NCBI GenBank assembly: GCA_951406725.2
Contig: OX597824.1
Location: forward strand, 30,194,001 to 30,258,000
Direction: 5' to 3'
Source of the DNA: Octopus vulgaris
Lineage: Eukaryota
DNA length: 64,000 nucleotides
The notes under the pieces were generated by a model that was not told the origin of the DNA, did not search any database, and saw only the letters and a program-made list of their open reading frames with translations. Made by a program: the position numbers and the translations under genes. Positions 14,794 through 28,859 of the stretch are shown one piece after another. Position 1 is the first letter of the stretch; every line of letters starts with the position of its first letter.

Positions 14794-14937
14794 GGATCTG
14801 AGCCACAACCAGCTTAGTTCAATTACAGTGAACTCCTTTGCCAATCTGGCTGCATTGAAGTCTCTCTACCTGGGCCACAATCACATTTCTCACATAGAAC
14901 GTGGAGCTTTCAAGGATTTATCAAACCTGGAAATTTT
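14794..14937 (+). CDS. LRIG: LRIG exon (2 LRRs), absent from the ORF track
   Basis: ctacag|...|gtaaga, 144 bp; DLSHNQLSSITVNSFANLAALKSLYLGHNHISHIERGAFKDLSNLEI. Confidence 0.93.
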
Positions 14938-16534
14938 GTAAGACACTATTTTATTTGTTTTTCCATTGTTTTTTCTTTACTTTACCCCCCCCCCCTATTT
15001 TCATTCAATTGTATTTCCACATCATTATTATGATGTGAGAATTGGTTAATTATGATTTTATGGGAGAATTGGTTAATTATGATTTTATTCACCATATTTC
15101 CCCTCTCAAATTCACACACTTATTGTAGTGGTCCTTCAGCTTTTGTAAGCCCTGTAAAAGAACTTAGAAGGCCTTTCGCAATACTCTTAAAGCCAGGAAC
15201 TTTTCAGCACCCCCTCGTATATAACAAACCTAGTCTCTTTAATCTACATGTTACACATTGTCCTGTGGATTTTTGAACTTAATAGAATAATAGCGATGCA
15301 AGTGAATCTTTTGACACTAGTGACTTATTTTGTGAAACACCAGACATTTTTTTATATTGTGGTTATGTAATTCTAGGTCAGACACAATTGAACAGACAGG
15401 TCTGTGGTCAAAGTTGTACCTGCCATGGTGAACCTGTTTTACTTTCTAACATAGTGCATCTTTGACAATATGTGTGTGTGTGTGTGTGTGGTTTAGCTGC
15501 TATTTCTAGCTGTTTCAGTAACCACATAGAGACACTCTCAAATACTTGTTGTTTTCACTTAGTGTGGATATGTATGTAGATACAGTGCAAGTCTACTTGG
15601 CTGAGCTCACTCTGCTCCACCAAACACTGACTACCTATTGGCAATTTCTACAGCACAGAGAGCTAATGAAACACTCATCAATTTTACTGTGTTCCTACTG
15701 CTTCTAGTAATGAATTAGCAATGGTAGCTATACATTGCTAGAAAGACTAGGTTATTTCAATATCTGTTCCATAGGCAACAATACTGCGCCAATGGCAAAG
15801 AGAACTAGTGAGGTAGCCTCTATTTTGGACATTTCATACATTAGAAATAGCAGCCAGCCTTCTCTCAAATCACACCATACTTTTATCTAAAAGAAAGTGA
15901 GGCTTGAGCAGGGTTGAGAGAACTTGAACGGCCAACTCCTTGAGCTGATTGGTCTCTATATGCTTTACCAATTCCACTAACTGCATCTCTATACTATATT
16001 TGAGATCACTGCTACGTTGGAGAGATTTCATTGAAAGAAGAAAAAAAAGGAATGAATTTCTATATTTCCATCTTGAATATTCTCGGACAACATCAATCTT
16101 GTTTCTTTTAAACATCAGTTTGCACACACACATTTACATACATGCACACAGATTTGCATATACATACATATGTATACATTCACTCACTCATAGACACATA
16201 CACACACATGCACACCACTGCCACACTTGATGACACAATAATTTTTTTTTCGGTCTGAAAAAAAAAATCTATTTTGATAGTTCAATAACTTTGCAATTTG
16301 AAATCCAAATCTGAAAATCTATTTCCTACAATCATCATCATCATTATCATCGCTAACATCATGATGCAGAAAAAAAGCCATTAATGTTACATTTTATATT
16401 TTGGTAACCATTTATTTATTTTTCTCTCTCCATCTCCATTTGCTTATGTATGTATGTGAATATATCTGTATATACACACACACACACTCACATTTTGAGA
16501 GAAAGATAGAGAAATGGATGAATGGATACCACAC

Positions 16535-16635
<101 letters not shown>

Positions 16636-18452
16636 TACATACACTCAATGTGCAGAAATCTCATTAAATGTAAATTCCTTTCTAGTTGATTAAATCCTGG
16701 ACAGCTCTACTGATCTGGTTTATTGGAAGCTATCTCAGAGCGCAGGATTGCCCTCTCTACCTACTCTCTCTCACTCCTGACATTTTGAATATTTCAGTTG
16801 ATATCATGGCATTAGATTGTTGTATTTGTTGCCTAACAGTAATATTTCTTTAACCAATAATGACTGGTGGTGGTTGTCCCTATGGTTAAGATACTAACAC
16901 ACACACACACGCGCACACTGAAGAGCACTTTATGGTGTGCAGAACTGGATTTTAATCCAATTTCAAATCCTGCCAGAGCAGGTTTTTTTTTTTTTGCTTG
17001 TTTTTTTTAATCCATCTAGGACTGATAAAATATTTACCAGTAATATCATCATCACCATTTAATCTTTTTTTAAAAATTTTTAGTTGTTTCAGTCATTAGA
17101 TTGCTGCCATGCTGGGGCACTGCCTTGAAGAGTCTTTAGTCAACCCTGGTACTTTTTAAGTGTAGTAGTACTTATTCGGCTAGTCTTGTTTGCTGAACTG
17201 CTAAGTTATAGGGGTGTAAACAAACCAACATTTGTCACGCGATGGTGAGGGACACACACACACACACATAAATAAAGGCTTCTTTCAGTTTCTTTCCCCT
17301 CCAAATCCAACCATAAGGCTTTAGTCTACCCAAGGCTATAGTTGAAGACACTTCCCCCAGGTACCACACGATGGTATTGAAACTGAAATCATGTGGTTGG
17401 GAAGCAAATTTCTTAACACAACCATGCCTGTCCGTTTTCCCATTCTTGCATGGTTCAGAGGAAATTTGTTGATGTAGATTTTTCTATGGTCAGATGCCCT
17501 TTTTGTCTTTTGGGGTTTTTTTGTAAGAAAGTACCAAACAAAGCAACAAGCCACTTAGTTTAAGGGACTATAAAGAAGATAATCCTTTCAGTTTTCATCT
17601 ACCAAATTCTCTCACAAAGCATTGGTTGGCCTGGGGCTCTGGGACTGTTATAGATGACATTTGCCCAAGGTACTGCTGTATGTGTTGTATATAATGTAAA
17701 GGTGTTGTTGTATATCTGTATATCATATAAAAAGCACCTGTGCTGCTGCCACACAAAATGCAACCCATGGCATTAGGAAGGGCATTCAGCTATAGAGACC
17801 ATGCCAAAACACAATTGGAGCTTGGTGCAGCTTTCTGGCTTCCAACTCCTGTCAAACCATCTAACCCATACCAGCATGGAAAACAGGTTAAATGGTGATG
17901 ATAACGAGTATGTGTGTGTGTGTGTTCCTCCACCACAGCTTCACAACCAGTGTTACATTGTTTATGTCCCCATAACTTAAAAATAAGTACTAGGCCAATT
18001 TGTTTAACTAAACCCTTCAAGGTGGTACTCCAGCATAGCCACGGTCCATTGGCTGAAACAAATAAAATTGAAAAGATTCCTGGATTCAGTTTATAGTTCC
18101 ACTGGCGAGGTTGGTGGTGGTTGTGGGAGCTAAAAGATGAATGTGGCGAATTTGGGCACTAAAATTTGGTCAGTGTTTATCATAGGATTTGGGTCTGTGA
18201 AAAAAACTCCTTGCTTGTAACTGCTGAGTCTCTCTATCTCTATTAATGTAAAGAGTTGTGCAGTGATGTGTACGATGGAATTAACTAATGATCTATCAGT
18301 AAGATAAGCTATCAGTAATTAGATTGTCAACCTACCTAATGGTGTGTGTTTATGTGTTGGGGGAACCTGTGTCACCTGTGTCATGTCCACTTATCACTAT
18401 GGGAACTGGATACTCAGGATTCAGGAAAAATAACATTTATGATATTGCTTAA

Positions 18453-18625
18453 CCCTTTGCCTGTCCAAAACATTTTCATAAGTTTGTCCTAAGTGCCCAT
18501 GGTTTTTCTCCTTCCATAAGTGTCAAGTTACTCTGGTGGTTGATAAAAAATTTGGAATGTGTATCATATATGATGCATGGATGCCAGTGAAATATGCCCT
18601 GTGTATCACACAGACAGGCAAGGGA
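18453..18625. mobile_element. piggyBac-like MITE family 2
   Basis: TTAA-CCCTTTGCCTGTC...GACAGGCAAGGGA-TTAA; related copy in opposite orientation at 57212-57437. Confidence 0.7.
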
Positions 18626-18938
18626 TTAAATGTTATTATACTTCATTGGTAATTTTTAAAACCTGGCCCCTGAAAACCTTCCAGTCCTTATCCTTTCCTC
18701 CCCACTCATTTGTATTCGGTCCAAAGTATAAAGTAATGTGCATACTGCTATGTTGCAGGCAATTTCTCTGTTGGTCAGCTTGACCAACAGTTAATTTATA
18801 TTTCATTTTATAGCTACTGTGAATTGGAGGTGACTCTCAATAAAGCTGTTCACAATGAGAGGTGCTGACCACTTTTAATGGAGTGATTGTATTTAATGTG
18901 TGTGTGTGTGTTTTAGTGCCTGGACAACAATGGCTGCT

Positions 18939-18992
<54 letters not shown>

Positions 18993-20701
18993 CCTCTCCT
19001 TCACCCTGACTAAAACTGTCTTTGTAAATGGTCTACACCTTGCTACTTGTTTTAAGTAGCTGTGTAAATAACTGCTGGCTACAGTGTGATGTGATGATGC
19101 CAGTGTTGTGTGACAGCCTCTCACCACAGTAGTTGATTGATTAAAACTGGAAAGAAAGAAAGAGAGAGAGAGAGAGATTATTCCATAGTTGGTTGGCTGA
19201 CTGCTTGTTAGGTATAGTTGCCCAGTTAGTCAGGGACTAAACAGGGTGTGTTTGTGTGTGTGTGTGTGAGTGTTCATTTATTAGTTTCAAATACTACAGC
19301 ATTCATATTTGGTAGGCAAGGGGTGTGGGGGAACACCCTTCAAGGTTTTAATCCATCATTATCAATCCAATAATTATTCCAGTCAGTTTATTGATCTCTG
19401 TTTGTCAATATGCTAAGTTACAGGTTTTAAAAGGACGCAACCATAAACTATACTGCTCATTAGAACACACACACACACATGCAAATATGTATATATATAT
19501 ATATATATATATTTCTTTATTACCCACAAGGGGCTAAACACAGAGGGGACAGACAAATGGATTAAGTTGATTACATCGACTCCAGTGTGTAACTGGTACT
19601 TAGTTTATTGACCCCGAAAGGATGAAAGGCAAAGTTGACCTCAGCGGAATTTGAACTCAGAACATAACAGCAGACGAAATACGGCTACGCATTTCACCCG
19701 ACGTGCTAACGGTTCTGCCAGCTCGCTGCCATATATTAAGGTGGGCTTCCTCACAGTTTCCTTTCATCTATCAAACACAAGCATCGGTTGGCTCAGGACT
19801 ATATAGCAGAAGACACTTGCCCAAGGTGCCACTTAGTGGGACTGAACCTGAAACCCCACAGTTGTAAAACAACCACACACATATTTTACATCATATATGA
19901 TATAATCTATCACGCGTTCTAGCAGCCACTGAAAGGAATGTATCCTGACTTGAGGCTCCTCTTTCGAAGACTTTCAGAGCTAAATAGATCACATAAAGCT
20001 TTATAGCTTCTCTCGTAGAAAACCACTTAACCTTCTTCTCATTTCGTTTGAACCCAGAGATGAGTCTTCTATTTTCTTTGTCAAACTTCTTATCTGTCTT
20101 TCCTTAAATCGATGTTTTTTTTCTTCTCCTTCTGCTTTTGTTTTATCCTGTTTTCATTTATCGTTATTTTTTAATCGTAGCTAAAACCCAAAACTGTGTC
20201 AGCATATCTAACATAAATATTTGATTGACACAGCAAATATATTTAAGATTCATTTTGCTTTTCTTGATATCTGGCTGTGATTTAGTTACATTTTAAAACA
20301 TGACAGCCTTCATCCAGCTTTATTTCATGTTCATTTAGCTGTTTAATGGAATTTCAGTAGGCCAACTATTATATGATAGAAACAGGATTAATATATCTTT
20401 TAAACCACTGAATTTGCAACAGGCTGAATTTTGGGTGACATTTTGGCATGGTGTTTTTAGACATTTTACGTCTCAGCAGTGTAAGACCTTAAAGCTGTCA
20501 TCATGTTGGTAGTTATTTTAATTTAGCTATCAAACTGAGCTTTGAACACAATACATTAAAAGTAGAGAAGGCTCTGGCAAAGACTAAAATTTTTGACTTA
20601 ACAAACATTTTTGAAGATTATTGGAGCCTACTAGCTTGTAATTTAAACTTGTGAAAATAAACTTTTTTGTAAGTTAGAAAATTGAGGCCTTTCCATACAT
20701 T

Positions 20702-20752
<51 letters not shown>

Positions 20753-21335
20753 CTCATGCACAAACACACACATGCAAAAACAGAGGAATGTAACACTTTT
20801 GAATGTAACTTTAATTTCACAATTTAATATAAATTAAATGTAAATTCAAAATATTTTAGGGGCAATTTTGCGTTGTTTTTTCACTACCTTTTCCACAATG
20901 TTTTAAGTTGATGTTAATTTGACTTTTTGGACTTGCAGTTTTACATTTTCTCTTTCTTTTTTTTCTTCTCTTTTTTTTTTTTTGACATTTTGTTCACAAC
21001 TTAACCCCTGTCTACATTTTGGCTCATTATACACCAGCATATATTTGCTAATCTTCGCTAAATAAACTCTGTTTTGTTATTGAGTAAGGTGCAGGGGTGA
21101 GGTGTGTCTCTAATTCCTCTGCCAGTCTTACCAAAAATGTCAAAGCTCTACCCACAAAGTTAAATGCAAGCAACAACACGTTAACATGGCCTTTTGCTTT
21201 TTTTGCTATTTACATAAATAGCAGCAAGATTTACTCATATTTAACCCTTCAAATTGTATTAGTCACTTAGTGTTTCACAAATGTATGGTAATTTTTATGC
21301 TTCATCATTGTTTTTTTTCCTCGTTTTTTCCATAG

Positions 21336-21560
21336 CCAACTAAACCACAATGAAATTTCCTCAGCTGTTGAAGATATTGATGGGGCCTTTGCTGGTCTCC
21401 ATCGGCTAACTCAACTTGACCTCAATGGCAATAAAATCAAGTCCCTTGCAAAACGCTCATTCATAGGATTGCAAAACCTTGAACATCTCTTCTTGCTGGA
21501 GAACCATATTGCTTCTATACTGGAAAATGCTTTCGAGCCACTACATCTTTTGAAAGAATT
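21336..21560 (+). CDS. LRIG: LRIG exon (3 LRRs)
   Basis: catag|...|gtaagt, 225 bp; QLNHNEISSAVEDIDGAFAGLHRLTQLDLNGNKIKSLAKRSFIGLQNLEHLFLLENHIASILENAFEPLHLLKEL. Confidence 0.93.
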
Positions 21561-21641
21561 GTAAGTCTCTTTTTTTTTTTTTTTACACCTGCTTTTTGTT
21601 TTGTCTTGAGGATTTATTCCATCCGCCTTTTCTGCCCACAA

Positions 21642-21916
21642 TTCCTAGGAAGGTCATGTGAGTAGAGTCCTCAGGTACATTCTCCATAGGGCCCTATCGG
21701 AAGTAACTGTCATTACACTTTCTGGCTGGATTCCCAAGCATGACTACAGACATTATGAATGGTATCCAACCATCTTGTTCTTGGTCTATTCATAAGTCTG
21801 TCTGTTGGGTTGGCCTGAAGAATCCGTTTTGTGATCTTTTCATGTGGCATTCTAATCACAGGTGCCGTGACCTTTTAATGTTGAGTAGTAGCAATTCAAC
21901 CTAGAGAGACTCCCTG
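21642..21916 (-). mobile_element. RTE-clade LINE 3' ORF fragment (decayed)
   Basis: Translates to ..LLLLNIKRS..VIRMPHEKITKRILQANPT..RPRTRWLDTI..LGIQPESV..DRALWR, the typical RTE ORF C-terminus. Confidence 0.75.
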
Positions 21917-23032
21917 CTTTTCTTACCTGTTTTTTTTTTTTATTCATTAGATAAGATTTAGCTCATACTACCACCATCCATTTTTTAAATTTTTTTTCAT
22001 AAGCACATTTCCTGTGCTAGTGTCACATAAAAAGCACCCATAATGGTATCACATATAAAGCATTGGTGCTTGTTCCATGGATAAAGCACTGGTGCTAGTA
22101 CCACTCTGTAAAGTGGTTGGTGTTAGGAAGAGCACCCATTCCTTCCTATAAGAAACTATGCTGCAACAGACAATTGGAGCCTGATACAGTTCTCCAACTT
22201 GCCAGTTCTTGTCAAACCATCTAACCCAAGCCAACATGAAAAAGGGATGTTACATGATGAGCCCTAGAACACATAAGGCTGGTGCTTAACCCAATTTCCA
22301 TGGCATATAAGTGACTGAGATTACAACACTTGTTCCTGGATGAGATGCCAGTCCATTGCAGGGTTAACTTTCCTGCTACTGCTGGAGAGCGATATGAAAT
22401 GAAGTGTTTTGCTCAAGAACACGACATGCTACCCGGTCTGAGAATCGAAACCATAAGCTTACATTAGCGAGTGGAACACACTAACTATTTGACCACATGC
22501 CTCCAGCTCCGACAATTAAACATGGGTAAACTTGTTAGACATTTTAGACCACAACTGGAGTTGCCCTGTCCAGAATAGGTTTGTTACTTCAACACTTGTC
22601 TGTTAGTCATGTGACTTCCCCCTCCCCTCTATCTCTCTCAAATGTCATTCCTCTTAGTATCAGCCAGACTTGGTTCTACTTTAACACCAAAGATCACACA
22701 GAAACTTAGTGTTGACAGCGCCAATTGCTGTTGCTAAAAAGGCTTTATTTACTTCTTCATCGCTACCCATCCTTTTCCTTGCTTCCCCCCCACTTTCTTT
22801 CCTCTTCCTCCTAATTAATTTGTATACTACACTGGCTGTCTTAATTTGTTTCTCTTTCCTCTTCTCTGTTTCCATATGTTTGAAATACTACTGTTTGTAT
22901 TTTCTCATCGCACCAGCTGTTGAATCTAGCTTTCCCTAAGTATATAGATACAGCTGTAATCATTAGATCTTTCTTACTGTATGAGTCCACATGTGTATAT
23001 ATGTATATTTGTATGTATGTATATGTGTGTAA

Positions 23033-23067
<35 letters not shown>

Positions 23068-23831
23068 TTTGCATGCATTCTAGCAATACTTACTCACTCT
23101 ATTTAAGGCCTTCATTTTAAAGTTTCTCACCAGTTCTTCAGTGCAGAATAAAGTCTTAATACCAGAAATAAATTTGCTTGATGCTTCGACCTTTTCTTTC
23201 CTTCGTTCATTGAATATTAAAGACGCGATTCAATGTTACTCTCCAATTTCTAAAGAATTTATTTTTATGCAATATAAAATTAGCACTCTTCTAAATTGTC
23301 AGTTGAATCTTTACAGACACACACACACAAAGAAAAAAAAAAGAAAATCCAACAAAATTGCTGTTGTTGGGTAGACTTAGTTAAGCTAGAGCTAGCTGTA
23401 TTTGAATTAAACTTATGGAACAGCCATATCCAGTAAACAGATATCTGTGACATGTAGATATATGATACTTCAATGCTGTACTCTTTTCTCTTGTAATCCG
23501 AGAAAATAGCTGAACATAATACCTGACTTTGTTGGCCTGGGTCAAACTTCGTATCAGTCTGGTTGTGGTATTCTACTCAGGACCATCTTGTCATTTATAA
23601 AGTCTGCTGGTCCCTAGATTTTGTATTTATTTTTGGACCTTGTCTTCTTCATAATATGAAGGAGTTTACCCATTGTCCTTTACTTGTTTTAGTCACTGGA
23701 CTGCAGCCATGCTGGAGTATTGCCTTGAAGGATTTTAGTCATACAAATTGACCCAGTTATTTTTAAGTTTGGTACTTATTGGTACTACTTGTTCTATCTG
23801 TTTCTTTCGTCCAACCACTGGTCGTCATGTG

Positions 23832-24068
23832 ATGGCAGAGAGTTGGCAGAAATGTTAACACGCCAGGCGAAACGCTTAGCTGTATTTCGTCTGCCGTTAC
23901 GTTCTGAGTTCAAATTCTGCCAAGGTTGACTTTGCCTTTCATCCTTTCGGGGTCGATAAATAAAGTACCAGTTACGCACTGGGGTCGATATAATCGACTT
24001 AATCCGTTTGTCTGTCCTTGTTTGTTCCCTCTGTGTTTAGCCCCTTGTGGATAGTAAAGAAATAGGTG
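23832..24068 (+). mobile_element. SINE with central GACTTTGCCTTTCATCCTTTCGGGGTCGATAAA..AGTACCAG block (Meta/MESC-like domain, from memory)
   Basis: Near-identical copies at ~19512-19735 and 61418-61679 (-); older copies at ~14490-14670, 29610-29770, 42160-42430, 61200-61395. Confidence 0.8.
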
Positions 24069-24772
24069 GGGATCACAAACATGCGCACATAGGCATTTAT
24101 ACACACACATACCTATCGATCTATCTACCTGCCTATCTATCTATATATCTATCATAATGATGTGGTTGCAAATGTGTTTCTCAGCCACACAACCATAAAG
24201 GTAGAGGAAAATTTAATTATTTTATTGGATCGGTTATATAATTATAGATACACATACAGTCTGTTTCATGAGGTTCAGTCGATGAAAAACAAAACAAACC
24301 ATTATTGTTGTTGTTGTGTAGCTCCTTGTCAGTTCTTATTGAGCAGACTTATGACTGAAGACGTTCAAACTTTAATCGTCCCATCTTCATTTTGACTATA
24401 ATGTGTCCAGGTGTACATTATGTCAGATACATAGATCTCCTTCTCTTTCTAATAATGGTCAGTTGTAATTTAGAAGAGATTTAGCTGCTGTCTCTAATAG
24501 TTTGAGTAGCCATGTAGAGGTTGTCCCCTCAGCTAGGTATGGTATTATAACAATGAACAACATATGAAGAGGTTTTATGTTCTGATAGGGTCTTTATCAT
24601 CATTGTTTTATTATTCACTTATCCATGATTGAATGAATCCAACAAAGTTTACATCAAGGCAGATTTTCTCTGATTGGATACTCTTTGTATCCATTGCCAA
24701 ACCTTAATTGCTTCAATATTCCAATATTTAGTACAATAACTTTTGCTAAAGAAAATTCCTTTACTTTTGCAG

Positions 24773-24936
24773 ACAATTCAACACTAGCAATCTACTCTGT
24801 GATTGTCATTTGGCCTGGTTACCAAAGTGGTTATATGAGAATAAATTTGAAGACTCAGTCACTGCAATATGTGCTCATCCTCATTCATCAAAAGGCAAAA
24901 GTATCTTTGCTGTGAAACCAGAAGAATTTGACTGCA
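24773..24936 (+). CDS. LRIG: LRIG exon (LRRCT cap)
   Basis: ttgcag|...|gtgagt, 164 bp, phase 2-1; QFNTSNLLCDCHLAWLPKWL...CAHP...FDC; it bridges the phase-2 LRR exons to the phase-1 Ig exon. Confidence 0.94.
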
Positions 24937-25208
24937 GTGAGTATATTATTTCATGAATTCATAGCTGTCTGTTCTATTTTTTTTTCATTTATTATTATTA
25001 TTATTATTTTCTAGTATAATGGCTGATTGGGTACCACTTTCATAATGTGGTGTATTACCTTATTTATATGGTTTTTACTAGGATGGATAATAAATATATT
25101 TTATTTCTTGAGTAAGAATCTATATTGATAAACCCGTCACTTATAACACAATTATAAGTATTATCACTATACATAAATCCCAACTCAAGCTACATAAACG
25201 CCTTAGTG

Positions 25209-25249
<41 letters not shown>

Positions 25250-26620
25250 CGCTTAACAGGCATGTTGAATGTGCATGTATGTTGAAGATAAGTTCGTGTT
25301 CTTTTTCACCGCTATAAAAAACAGTTTCGTAATTGCAGAAGTAAATTTTATTAACAGGTTGGAAAGAGGTGAAGAAAAAGAAAATATTTACTACATTGGT
25401 TTAGTTATGTACATTTAATATTTACAGTACATTTAGAAGTAAGGCAATTTGTCGTAGAGAGTTACGACCAACGAACACTAGTATAAGTGTCGTGAAGTCT
25501 AGTGATAACCAAAAATCACTGGTGTGATTAATTCCCCCCAAATCAGGGTTTTCATAACTGCTCATACCTGAATTCTAAGAACTGTATTTCATGAAAGAAT
25601 TCTCTTTGACAAAAAGTTAGAATTCAAATATGGGCAGTAATTTTAACCAATGGGAAACCAACTATTATGCTTGTTTGGGCAACATGACCATTACGTCATA
25701 TTACCGCCTTTTATGACTTTCTTGCTGCTCGCTACACTAGTTTCCGTGATCACATAGGTAAGATGGTTCCAGAAAAATTAGCTATTTGTATTTAGTTGTA
25801 TCTTGGGAGGGTCATTCTGCAAACATAACCTGTTAACTAGTCAATCATTTGATTAATTGTTCAATTAATGAATCAGTCAGTTAGGCTTGTCAAAGTCCTT
25901 CTGTCGTAACTCCAGGTTTGTCTGTTTGTCTCTTAATTTGTAGGTTCTATATTTATATTGTATGAAAGTAAGAATGTATGTAATAGTGGAGAGAGAGACA
26001 GTGTGTGTGTGTGTGCAGCTGCATGTTTGTGTCATATTGTGGATTTTGTGATTATTGGTAATCAGTCAGATATTTTAGTGAGTTATCTGCCTTGGCTGTA
26101 GGGTTTTTAACTTCTTACTTTACCGTAGACCAGCAACTGAAACCTCACTGTCCCTCTGTCTCATATGACTAGCTGAAACACTAGAGTACCTTGTGATATT
26201 TAGTTATATCATTTTACATTTGAGAGTTCAAATCCTGTATAAAGTGAATTCCTTCTCATCCCTTCAAGGTTGGTAAAATAACTACCAGCTCTTGTATATA
26301 GTTCCATGCTAGGCAGACTTAATTATTTAGCAGTAATATATTTTGGTCAGGTCAATCATTATAATTTCTTCCCTAAAATGTTTTCCAAAATTATGAATAT
26401 TTATCTTATTAATTCTCTTGTTAATTGTTGCTATTATGTTTCTTTAAAAAGTAGCAGAACAAAATAAATAAAAAATAAAACACACACAATGTATATTGTT
26501 TTACACTTGCTAATAAAATCTATTGCATAGCAGAATTATCAAAATATTATGTTTTATTTTGTTTTATTACACTTTATTAACAACACTGCCATATAACGAT
26601 TGGGTTTCCATATTTTGCAG

Positions 26621-26757
26621 CTGATTTTCCTAAACCTGTCATAACTAGTCAACCTATGTCACAGAAAGCACTGAAGGGAGAAAATCTGACGTTGAATTGC
26701 AGTGCTGTCAGCAGTGGTTTTTATGACACCAAGTTCCAGTGGAAGAAAGACAGCATG
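26621..26757 (+). CDS. LRIG: LRIG exon (Ig1, N-terminal half)
   Basis: ttgcag|...|gtacga, 137 bp, phase 1-0; DFPKPVITSQPMSQKALKGENLTLNCSAVSSGFYDTKFQWKKDSM. Confidence 0.93.
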
Positions 26758-28174
26758 GTACGATTACAACCAGTATTTTATTTATTTATTTTTTTCATTT
26801 TGTTTCTTAACAAAAGATTTCTCGCATAATACTGTGCTTCTCTGAAGGAATCTTACCTTTTCAACAACTGTACTGGTATCATCATCATTATTATTTTAAT
26901 ATCCACTTGGACAGGATTTTTTGAGGTAGATTTTCTACAGTTGGATGCTCTTCCTGTCACCAGTTTTCAAAAAAGGGTAACTTTTCCTCACAGCTGCATG
27001 TATGATGGTGATACTTGTTTGCAACAGCATTGGGAAGGGCATCCAGCTGTAGAAACTCTGCCAGATCAAGATTGGAGCCTGGTGCAGCCATCTGGTTCGC
27101 CAGTCCTCAGTCAAATCGTTCAACCCATGCTAGCATGGAAAGCAGACGCTAAACGATGGTGATGATGATTAATGTCATGACAAGGACTCACTATTCCACA
27201 CACAAACACACACACACACACACATTTGTATGTGTACATACAGCAAGCTTCTCTCATTTTCCACCTACAATGGCTTTAATCAGCCCAGGTGCAGTGTAGC
27301 ATGACTGAACCCAGAACCAAGTGGTTGGGAAGCAAACTTCTTAACCACACAGCCACTCCTATTGTGAACGTATAAAGTAGATATAGCTACCTGATTAAGA
27401 AATTACTTTGCAGGTATGTTATTCTGGGTTCAATCCTACTACACAGCACCTTAGGCAAGTTCTTCTTCCATGATTTCTGATTTGATCAATGCTTTCATTA
27501 GTCTTGTTTTGCTTATTGTCTGTTTTTCTCCACTAGCCTGGTTCATGTGGAATGAAATATGGCCAGCCTGTATTCTTGTCACCAATCTTTACAACTGTTG
27601 CCTCATATGAAAGTATATAAAAATGTGATTCACCCCCACACATGCATGCACACATTTATTAAAGAAAACATACCTTTTAATTGCTTCAGTCATTAGACTG
27701 CAACCATGCTGGGGCACTGCCTTGAAGTATTTTTAATCAAATGGATTAAACCCAATACTTATTTTTATTTTAACCCTTTTATTTATTCTATCCATTTCTT
27801 TTGTCAAACCACTAAGTTACAGAGACGTAAACACACAGACAGACACGCACCCCCCCCCCACACACACCATCATCATCATCATCGTTCAACGTCCGTTCTC
27901 CATGCTAGCATGGGTTGGACGGTTCGACCAGGGATCTGGGAAGCCAGAAGGCTGCACCAGGCTCCGGTCTTATCTGGCAATGTTTCTTCAGCTGGATGCC
28001 AACCACTCCGTGAGTGTAGTGGGTGCTTTTTACGTGCCACCTGCACTGGTGCCAGGCGAGGCTGGCATCGGCCACGGTCGGATTGGTGCATTTTACGTGC
28101 CACCTGCACGGAAGCCAGTCGAGGCGGCACTGGCTTCGGCCACGATTCGGATGGTGCTTTTTGCGTGCCACCGA

Positions 28175-28222
<48 letters not shown>

Positions 28223-28564
28223 CAGGCTTCTTTCAGTTTCTGTCTACCAAATCTACTCACAAGGCTTAGGTCAGTCAAGGCTATAGTAGAAGACACCCAA
28301 GGTAGCATGCAGTGGGACTGAACCTGGGACCATGTCGTTGGGAAGCAAGATTTTTACCATACTACCACACCTGTACCTAATATTATATTCATCTTGCCAA
28401 TTACTGAACTTCAGTAGGCTGTGTTAGCAGTGTCACAGTGTATTGTACTTTTATTAATTTAGTGACTTTGTTGTGTATTACTGAAGCTGGTCCCTAAAAA
28501 TCCCAACCAGAAATCAACCTAAATGTTTGTAGTTAATGGCTGACATGTTGTTCTCTTCCTCTAG

Positions 28565-28739
28565 ATTCTCACGGACCCAAAGATGTTTAACTTTACATCT
28601 ATGGAAGGAAAACTTGTACATCTTACCACACTGCTTCATTTAGAAAATGTTCAAGATGAGACAGCTGGTAAATACCAGTGCATTATATCAAACCATTTTG
28701 GATCTGCCTATTCTACAAAAGCTAATATCTCTGTACATG
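28565..28739 (+). CDS. LRIG: LRIG exon (Ig1, C-terminal half)
   Basis: ctctag|...|gtaagt, 175 bp, phase 0-1; ...TTLLHLENVQDETAGKYQCIISNHFGSAYSTKANISVH. Confidence 0.93.
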
Positions 28740-28817
28740 GTAAGTTTCTGTCTCATTTCTACTTTTCATTTTATACATACCAGCCATACATTCACTCTAT
28801 ATTGCCCAAGTATATAC

Positions 28818-28859
<42 letters not shown>

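Noticed and set aside
28022-28177. CRISPR-like repeat-spacer appearance (25-bp repeats, 38-43-bp spacers)
   Set aside because: Spacers are homologous to each other, the array is part of a dispersed retroposon, the context is eukaryotic and no cas genes are present.
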